Assembly (NCBI GenBank): GCA_036448135.1
Contig: JAZFWG010000187.1
Span: 1-37,966, forward strand
Reading direction: 5' to 3'
Length of the DNA stretch: 37,966 bases
From: Alphaproteobacteria bacterium
GTDB lineage: Bacteria > Pseudomonadota > Alphaproteobacteria > SMXQ01
This document shows, one piece after another, positions 31,741 through 37,966 of the stretch; the stretch's first letter is position 1; each line of letters opens with the position of its first letter. The translations under genes were made by a program, and so were the position numbers. The notes beneath the pieces were generated by a model. The model saw only the letters and a program-made list of their open reading frames with translations, did not search any database and was not told where the DNA came from.

Positions 31741-33993
31741 TCAGGCGGGCTCGACAAAGCTGTCCATCACCTTCTTGGAGCCGGCCTTGTCGAACGCGAT
31801 CTCCAATTTGTCGACGTCGATGTCGGTGACCTTGCCGTAGCCGAATTTCTGGTGGAACACCCGGTCGCCGACCTGGATGGTGCTTGCTTGCTCGACGCCC
31901 TCGGCCGGCTTGGCGGCATCACCGGGACGCTTGGCGCGCCTTACCTTCGCCCTCGCGGTCCTCTGGAAGCCGGCAGCCCCAGCGCCGCCATAGAGGCCGA
32001 GACTGGTGTGGCGCTCGACATGTTCATCGGGCAGTTCGTCTACGAAGCGGGACGGGATGGCGCTCTGCCACTGATTGAACAGCCGCCGGTTGGCGGCATA
32101 GCTGATATGGACCTGTTTGCGCCCCCGGGTCATGCCGACATAGGCGAGCCGGCGCTCTTCCTCCAGGCCCTTGTGGCCATTTTCGTCCAAGGCGCGCTGA
32201 TGGGGGAACAATCCCTCTTCCCAGCCGGGCAGGAACACGATGTCGAATTCCAGCCCCTTGGCGGCATGCAGTGTCATCAGGCTGACGGCTTCGCTTTCTG
32301 TGGACTGGTCGTGCTCCATCACCAGGCTGACATGGTCGAGAAATTCGCCCAGGCTGTCGAACTCGGCCAGCGCCGTGACGAACTCGTTGAGATTCTCGAC
32401 CCGGCCCGGGGCGTCGGCGGATTTGCCGTTGCGCCACATCCGGAGGTAGCCGGACTGATCGAGGACGGCCTCGACGATTTCCGCCGGCGGCGCCGCTTCG
32501 GCCAGGGCGCGCCATGCCGCAAACAGGCCGAGGAGGCCTTTCAGGCCGTTTCGCGCCGGCGACGACAATTCGTCGCTGTCCACCAGCTGCTCCGCCGCCG
32601 TGGCAAGCGGGATGCCCCTGGCCCGGGCGAGTTGATGCATCACCCGAAGGCTGGTGGCGCCGATGCCGCGGCGCGGCAGATTGATGATGCGCTCGAAGGC
32701 AAGGTCATCGCCGGGCTGGTTGATGACGCGAAGATAGGCCACCGCATCGCGGATCTCCTGGCGTTCGTAGAAACGCAGGCCGCCCACCACCCGGTAGGGG
32801 ATAGCCACGCTGACGAAGCGTTCCTCGAACTCGCGGGTTTGGGCGCCGGCCCGCACCAGAATGGCGATCTCATTCAGGTTGTGTTTGTGGGCATGCAGGG
32901 CCTCGATCTCCTCGGCGATCAGCCTGGCCTCTTCCTCGCCATCCCAGATGCCGCGCAGCTTGACCCGGGCGCCGGCCTCGGCCTCGGTCCACAGGGTTTT
33001 GCCGAAGCGCCCTTCATTGTTGGCGATCAGGCCCGAGGCGGCACCGAGGATATGGCCGGTGGAGCGGTAGTTGCGCTCGAGCCGCACCACCTGGGCGCCG
33101 GGAAAGTCTTTTTCGAAACGCAGGATGTTGCCGACTTCGGCGCCGCGCCAGCCATAGATCGATTGATCGTCGTCGCCGACGCAGCACAGATTGCCGCCGC
33201 CCTGGGCCAACAGGCGCAGCCACAGATACTGGGCCACATTGGCGTCCTGGTATTCGTCCACCAGGATATAGCGCCAGCGCCGCTGAAAATCGGCGAGCAC
33301 GTCCTCATGGGCTAAGAACAGGGTCAGGCAATGGAGCAGGAGATCGCCGAAATCGACTGCGCTGACGGCTTTGAGGCGGGCCTGATAGGCCCGGTAGAGC
33401 TCGACGGCACGGCCCTGGAGATATTCGGCGTCACGCCCGGCCGGCACCTTGTCGGGCCCGAGCCCCTGATCCTTCCAACGCTGGATCACCGCCAACAGGC
33501 CCCGGGCCGGCCAGCGTTTCTCATCGATATTGGCTTCGGCCATGACCTGCTTCAGGGTGCGGAGCTGATCATCGCTATCGAGGATGGTGAAGCCGGGATC
33601 GAGGCCGATGCGCTCGCCATGGCGGCGCAGGATGCGCGAACAGATGGCATGGAAGGTGCCGAGCCACAAGCCATCGGCGCTGCCGCCAATCAGATCGCCG
33701 ACCCGGTCGAACATCTCCCGCGCCGCCTTGTTGGTGAAGGTGACGGCCAGGATCTGGCCGGGAAAGGCGCGCCCCAGCGCCAGGATATGGGCAAGGCGGG
33801 TGATCAGGACCCGGGTCTTGCCGGTTCCAGCCCCGGCCAGCACCAGCACCGGGCCCTCGAGGGCAACCACCGCAAGGCGCTGCTCATCATTGAGGGCGTC
33901 AAGATAGGGCGCGTCAGCCGCAAACGCCGCGCGGCCGTCACTGGCACGATCCTGCCCCGCGCCGGATTGGCCGAGATCGAAGGGGTCTGACAT
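31741..33993 (-). CDS. uvrD: ATP-dependent DNA helicase UvrD/PcrA family (SF1), 750 aa
   Basis: Internal ATG at 33993 of ORF 31741..34071. Helicase motifs AGAGTGKT, TFTNKAA, LVDEYQDAN, GDDDQSIYGWRGA, YRS, TLHAAKGLEF and YVGMTRG. The C-terminal tail VFHQKFGYGKV is typical of UvrD. Confidence 0.93.
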   Translation of the reverse strand: MSDPFDLGQSGAGQDRASDGRAAFAADAPYLDALNDEQRLAVVALEGPVLVLAGAGTGKTRVLITRLAHILALGRAFPGQILAVTFTNKAAREMFDRVGDLIGGSADGLWLGTFHAICSRILRRHGERIGLDPGFTILDSDDQLRTLKQVMAEANIDEKRWPARGLLAVIQRWKDQGLGPDKVPAGRDAEYLQGRAVELYRAYQARLKAVSAVDFGDLLLHCLTLFLAHEDVLADFQRRWRYILVDEYQDANVAQYLWLRLLAQGGGNLCCVGDDDQSIYGWRGAEVGNILRFEKDFPGAQVVRLERNYRSTGHILGAASGLIANNEGRFGKTLWTEAEAGARVKLRGIWDGEEEARLIAEEIEALHAHKHNLNEIAILVRAGAQTREFEERFVSVAIPYRVVGGLRFYERQEIRDAVAYLRVINQPGDDLAFERIINLPRRGIGATSLRVMHQLARARGIPLATAAEQLVDSDELSSPARNGLKGLLGLFAAWRALAEAAPPAEIVEAVLDQSGYLRMWRNGKSADAPGRVENLNEFVTALAEFDSLGEFLDHVSLVMEHDQSTESEAVSLMTLHAAKGLEFDIVFLPGWEEGLFPHQRALDENGHKGLEEERRLAYVGMTRGRKQVHISYAANRRLFNQWQSAIPSRFVDELPDEHVERHTSLGLYGGAGAAGFQRTARAKVRRAKRPGDAAKPAEGVEQASTIQVGDRVFHQKFGYGKVTDIDVDKLEIAFDKAGSKKVMDSFVEPA

Positions 33994-34159
33994 CTTCACC
34001 GAATACCGAGAACGAACGGGAACTACGGATACGACAAGTGGCGCGGTTTCACAACCACCGGCGTCCCGCAAACATGACGCGGAGATTTACCCGCGGGGGG
34101 AAGTTGGTGTAGTTTCAATGTGAGGTCAATCCCCCGCTGTGAATTGTGTGGGAGGTTCC

Positions 34160-35245
34160 ATGAGCTTTACATCCAACGGCCCAAGCCGGCCCAGGCACCA
34201 GGCGCATCACCGCATGCGGTCCGGTGCATCATGGGCATTGCTTGCCATCGGTCTGATGATGGCGGGCGGGGCTGGTATGGTGCCCGCCCTGGCCTTGGCG
34301 GCGGAGCCGGGCAGCGAAAGCCAGGCGGGCAAAGTCACCGTCGAGCGCATCTTGCGGACCATCGTCAAGGTGAGATCACGGGTGCCGGACACGGCGCGGA
34401 CATCACGAAACCTTGGCACCGAGCGCGAAGGCAGCGGCGTGGTGATCGGGGCCAACGGCCTGATCCTCACCATCGGCTATATCATCCTAGAGGCCGCGAC
34501 CATCGATGTGACCGACCATGGCGGCCGCCACTTTGGCGCCGAATTCGTCGCCTACGATCATCGATCCGGGTTCGGCCTGATCCGCGTTCTTCGCGGCCTT
34601 GATCTCGATCCCTTGAAACTCGGCGATTCGGCGCGGCTGAAGGAAAAGCAGGTGGTCATGGTCGCGAGCCATGGCGGCGCCAAATCGGCGCTCCCGGCGG
34701 TGGTGGTGTCGCGGCGGCCCTTCGCCGGGTCCTGGGAATATCTCCTGGAACGGGCCATCTTCACCGCCCCGCCCCATTTCAACTGGGGTGGCGCGGCGCT
34801 GATCGACACCGATGGCAAGCTGGTGGGGGTGGGATCGCTTGCCGTCGGCGACGCGGTCAAGGACCAGGCGGTGCCAGGCAACATGTTCGTGCCGATCAAT
34901 CTGTTGAAGCCGATCCTCAAGGATCTGGTGGCCACGGGCCGTTCATCGGCCAAGTCGAAGCCCTGGCTCGGCATGCGCACCGAGGAAGTCCGTGGCCGCC
35001 TGTTCGTCACCCGCACCCCCGCCCATGGGCCGGCCAGCGCGGCGGGGATCAAGCCCGGCGATATCGTCCTCGCCATCGCCGGCAAACCGGTGACAAGCAT
35101 GGTCGATCTTTTCCGTAAGGTCTGGGCCCTGGGAGATGCGGGTGTCGATGTCCCGGTCAAGGTCCTGCAAGGCGCAGAGATCCGCGATTTCATCGTCCAT
35201 TCCAGCGACCGCTATAAATTCCTCAACTTGCGCCCGACCTATTGA
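34160..35245 (+). CDS. Secreted HtrA/DegP-like (S1C fold + PDZ) protein, apparently lacking the catalytic triad, 361 aa
   Basis: GGGAGG precedes the ATG at 34160. Signal peptide ends ...PALALAAEP. The trypsin-fold blocks GSGVVIGANGLILT, GFGLIRV and GGAALIDTDGKLVGVGS are recognisable, as is a PDZ-like C-terminus (GIKPGDIVLAIAGKPV). The triad positions read Y, G and W in a by-eye alignment. Confidence 0.78.
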   Translation: MSFTSNGPSRPRHQAHHRMRSGASWALLAIGLMMAGGAGMVPALALAAEPGSESQAGKVTVERILRTIVKVRSRVPDTARTSRNLGTEREGSGVVIGANGLILTIGYIILEAATIDVTDHGGRHFGAEFVAYDHRSGFGLIRVLRGLDLDPLKLGDSARLKEKQVVMVASHGGAKSALPAVVVSRRPFAGSWEYLLERAIFTAPPHFNWGGAALIDTDGKLVGVGSLAVGDAVKDQAVPGNMFVPINLLKPILKDLVATGRSSAKSKPWLGMRTEEVRGRLFVTRTPAHGPASAAGIKPGDIVLAIAGKPVTSMVDLFRKVWALGDAGVDVPVKVLQGAEIRDFIVHSSDRYKFLNLRPTY

Positions 35246-35261
35246 GGACAGCTGGTTTTAA

Positions 35262-37072
35262 TCAGCCCTCACCATGTTCTTCGGCGCGCTCGGCGGCGAG
35301 GGCGCGGTTGTAGGCGCGCATGACATCGCGTTCGCGCACGATGCCGACCAGCTTCATGTTTTCGGTGTTTTCGACCACCGCCACCTGGTCTTCCTGAACC
35401 GTGTCCATCAGCTTCATGGCCTTGTCGAGATTGTCGCCCGCCTCCAGGACCGGCGGATGCAAGCGCGCAATGTCGCCGGCATTCAAGACATTGTCCCTGG
35501 AGGTGTCGAACGCTTCACCGGAAAGATCGGCGAGGGTGATGGTGCCGACCAACTGGTTGGCCTCGCCCTTGACGCCGGAGATGACGAACAGCTCGCCATA
35601 TGGGACGGTGGGAAGCAGTTTGCGGATCCGCGCAATCCCCGTGGCTGAGGGCACGCTGAGAAATACCCGGGTCATGACCTTGCGGACTTCAAGCGATTGC
35701 AGCAACGAGATCTCGCGTCCGCCCTTGAGACTGAGCCCCCGGCGGGCAAGCTGCATGGTGAAGAAGGATTTACCCGCGGTCTGCTGGGTGATCATCGAGG
35801 CGAACACCACCCCGACCATGACGGCGATGGTGAGGGGAAAATCGGACGTGAGTTCGAAGATGACGAGGATGGTCGAGATCGGCGCGCCGAGCACCGCCGC
35901 CGCCACCGCCCCCATGCCGACGATGGTGTAGGCGCCTTGGCCTGAAGACAGATCGGGGAAGACGCCGGTGGCGATGATGCCGAAGGCGCCGCCCAACATG
36001 GCGCCGATGACCAGCGACGGGCTGAATACCCCACCGCCGAAGCCGCTGCCCAGGCAGATCGCCGTCGCAACGATCTTGACCATCAGAATCGCCAACAGCA
36101 TCTCCAACAGCATCTCCAGGCTGAGAAGCTCCTTGAGGGCGTCATCGGTGACGCCGTAGCCGACGCCCAGCACCTGGGAAAATAGAGCGCGATCAGCCCC
36201 ATCAACAGCCCGCCGATCATGGGCCTGCACCATCCCGGAATAGGCAGCTTCTCCATGCGGTCGTTGATCATCAGGACGGCGTAGATAAAGGCGATGGCCA
36301 CGGCGGCGCTGACGATGCCGAGAAGGGCGAAGGCGGGGAGCTCGAGGAACGAAACAATGGCGCGCTCGGGAACGATGAAAGCGGGGAAATCGCCGTAATG
36401 GATGCGCGAGATCATGGTGCCGATGACCGAGGCGATGACGATGGGGGCGAAAGAACTGAGCGCGTAATGGCCGACCACGACCTCGAGGGCGAAGATCACC
36501 CCGGCGATGGGGGCGTTGAACGAGGCGGCGATGGCCGAGGCCACGCCACAGCCCAACAGCGTCAGGGTCAAGGAACGGCTGAGATGCAGCCTGCGCGCCA
36601 TCGAGGACGACAGGGCGGCGCCAAGATGCACCACCGGGCCCTCCCGGCCCACCGAGGCCCCGACACCGATGGAGGCGGCGCTGGCCAGCGCGGCGCCGAT
36701 GCCGGCGCGGAACGACATGCGGCCGCCGCGCAGCGCTGAGGCTTCGATGACGTCGGCGACACCGTGGCAGCGCCGGCCCGGCATCAAAAAGTGGACGAAC
36801 AGGCCGATCAAAAGCCCGCCCAGGGTCAATACCAACACCAGGTGCCACGCCGGCAACCCGGCGGCAGCTTCTGAGATATGCCCCGGCGTGGCGCCCAGGG
36901 AAAGCGACTGGATCAGATCGATAAGCAGGCGGAAAGCGATGGCGCCATAGCCGCTGATGGCGCCAACGATGATGGCGAGAACAAACAGGACAAGTTGGTC
37001 ATTGAGGAAAACCCGGCGCAGCCTGTTGACAACGCGCCGCAGATGAACTCCGGGCTTGGAACCCTCCTGCAT
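35262..37072 (-). pseudogene. ClC-family chloride channel/transporter with C-terminal CBS pair, interrupted by a 1-nt frameshift near 36174-36184
   Basis: The N-terminal half (ORF 36083..37072) carries GVADVIEA, GASVGREGP and NAPIAGVIFALE. The C-terminal half lies in another frame (tail of ORF 35262..36848) and carries QVLGVGYG, GSGFGGGVFSPSL, then two CBS-like repeats. The frames meet at minus-strand TATTTTCCCAGGTG. One extra C would give ...ALYFPQVLGVGYG.... Confidence 0.8.
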
Positions 37073-37115
37073 TAGCAGCGCCCCCCGGATCCCCCGCCCG
37101 GATCACTTGCCGCGG

Positions 37116-37631
37116 TCAATTGCACTGGCCGATCGAGCCTTCGGCACAAACCGTCTTGCCGTTGGTCCAGCTGGCGCCAGAAAGATCAGCATTGAAGAAA
37201 TCTGCACCGCGCATCTTGGCGCCGGTGAAGTCGGCGCCCCTGAGATTAGCGCCATAGAACCTGGTTCGCCGCAAATCCGTGCCCTTGAAGGACGCGCCGG
37301 AGAGATCCGCCTTGGAGAAATCCGCCTCGGCGAGGCGGGCGCCATCGAACTTCGCCTTGGCCATCTTGGCGGTATAGAACTTGGCCCGGTAGCCATCGAC
37401 CTTGGAAAAATTGGTGGCTTCGAGCTTGGCGCGGGCAAAGGAGGTGTCGCGCAGCTTGGCGCCGGACAGGTCGCGATTGCTGAAATTGCGGCCATCCTTG
37501 TAACAACGCCGCCAATCAACCCCGGGGGACGCGGCATCGGTGCAATCGGCATAGGCCGGGGTGGCGGTCAACATCCCCCATGAGACCGCCCCCCAACAAA
37601 CCGCGATGACTGTGAAAATCCGGCTACGCAT
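37116..37631 (-). CDS. Secreted pentapeptide-repeat protein, 171 aa
   Basis: The ATG at 37631 (AAGGTAG 6 nt upstream) gives a signal peptide MRSRIFTVIAVCWGAVSWGMLTATPAYA. The ORF opens at a TTG at 37667. About 22 consecutive A(D/N)LXX-type pentapeptides are present (e.g. RDLSGAKLRDTSFARAKLEATNFSK, ADFSKADLSGASFKGTDLRRTRFYGANLRGADFTGAKMRGADFFNADLSGA). Cys pairs flank the repeat region. Confidence 0.8.
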   Translation of the reverse strand: MRSRIFTVIAVCWGAVSWGMLTATPAYADCTDAASPGVDWRRCYKDGRNFSNRDLSGAKLRDTSFARAKLEATNFSKVDGYRAKFYTAKMAKAKFDGARLAEADFSKADLSGASFKGTDLRRTRFYGANLRGADFTGAKMRGADFFNADLSGASWTNGKTVCAEGSIGQCN

Positions 37632-37739
37632 ATCTGCTACCTTAAATCCGCGCGCATGGAGACTCAAAGACCAAATTCCTTAGCGCGTTGATTCTAGGTT
37701 GTCCTTGACCTTTGTCTCCACTTCGCCCACCATCGATCC

Positions 37740-37860
37740 GTTCCTAGGGGAGCTCTGAGACGAGCTGAGACCCATGTCCGGCGCTGCCAATCTAAACAGA
37801 GCCGGGCGAAGGTGGAAACCCTTGAACCTGATCCGGGTCGTGCCGGCGTAGGGAAGGAGC
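37740..37860 (+). promoter_or_regulatory. TPP (THI-box) riboswitch aptamer; the regulated gene lies beyond the window end
   Basis: GGGGAGCTC..GAGCTGAGA (37747-37770) matches the GGGGUGC...GCUGAGA half. ACCCTTGAACCTGATCCGGGTCGTGCCGGCGTAGGGAA (37818-37855) matches the ACCCUUUGAACCUGAUCUGGAUAAUGCCAGCGUAGGGAA half. P1 can form between GTTCCT (37740-37745) and AGGAGC (37855-37860). Confidence 0.85.
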
Positions 37861-37966
37861 AGCGCGGTTGTCTCCTGATTCCCTACAACGCTATCGGTCC
37901 GGATGCCGCAACCCAGGGTGTGAACCCATAAAGGGTTATGGCGCTGGTTTGCCAGGATTGACCCGG

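Noticed and set aside
34010-34023. Three GAAC tetramers (GAACGAACGGGAAC) in the uvrD upstream region, considered as an alphaproteobacterial SOS (LexA) box.
   Set aside because: The alphaproteobacterial LexA site is GTTC-N7-GTTC. Here the outer repeats are separated by 6 nt, so the spacing does not match. It could only be rescued by a LexA-motif scan of the whole genome.
37938-37961. Short ATG-initiated ORF (MALVCQD-stop) downstream of the TPP riboswitch, considered as the regulated gene.
   Set aside because: It has only 7 codons before a TGA. The real regulated gene must start beyond position 37966.

Overview
This is a 37,966-bp high-GC chromosomal segment. Its gene order and protein types look alphaproteobacterial, possibly Rhodospirillales-like, but that placement is inference only. 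I saw no mobile elements, CRISPR arrays, rRNA or tRNA genes, and no recognisable defence or toxin modules.

The plus strand, left to right, carries:
- the 3' end of a TauD/TfdA-type dioxygenase gene
- an AmpD-type muramoyl-L-alanine amidase
- the RNase P RNA gene (rnpB)
- an AT-rich control region
- a complete, almost gap-free division/cell-wall (dcw) cluster: mraZ-rsmH-ftsL-ftsI-murE-murF-mraY-murD-ftsW-murG-[extra murG-like gene]-murC-murB-ddl-ftsQ-ftsA-ftsZ
- lpxC-bamD-recN-ligA

The right third is mixed. It holds a minus-strand aminopeptidase P, a small DUF1127-like gene, minus-strand uvrD-prmA, an HtrA-like gene, a minus-strand pentapeptide-repeat gene followed by a frameshifted ClC channel gene, and a TPP riboswitch at the window edge.

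Most of the window is ordinary core genome. The points worth a second look are:
1. A second, translationally coupled MurG paralog sits between murG and murC, and every substrate-binding signature motif in it is altered.
2. A secreted HtrA-like protein has substitutions at all three catalytic-triad positions in my by-eye alignment.
3. Five 10-bp-phased CCCAW repeats (candidate MraZ operator) and a perfect TTAA-N7-TTAA (candidate CtrA box) lie upstream of mraZ.
4. A C15 homopolymer lies between lpxC and bamD.
5. A single-nucleotide frameshift splits the ClC gene.
6. The TPP riboswitch carries an atypical internal insertion.

All homology calls come from reading motifs by eye. No database search was run.
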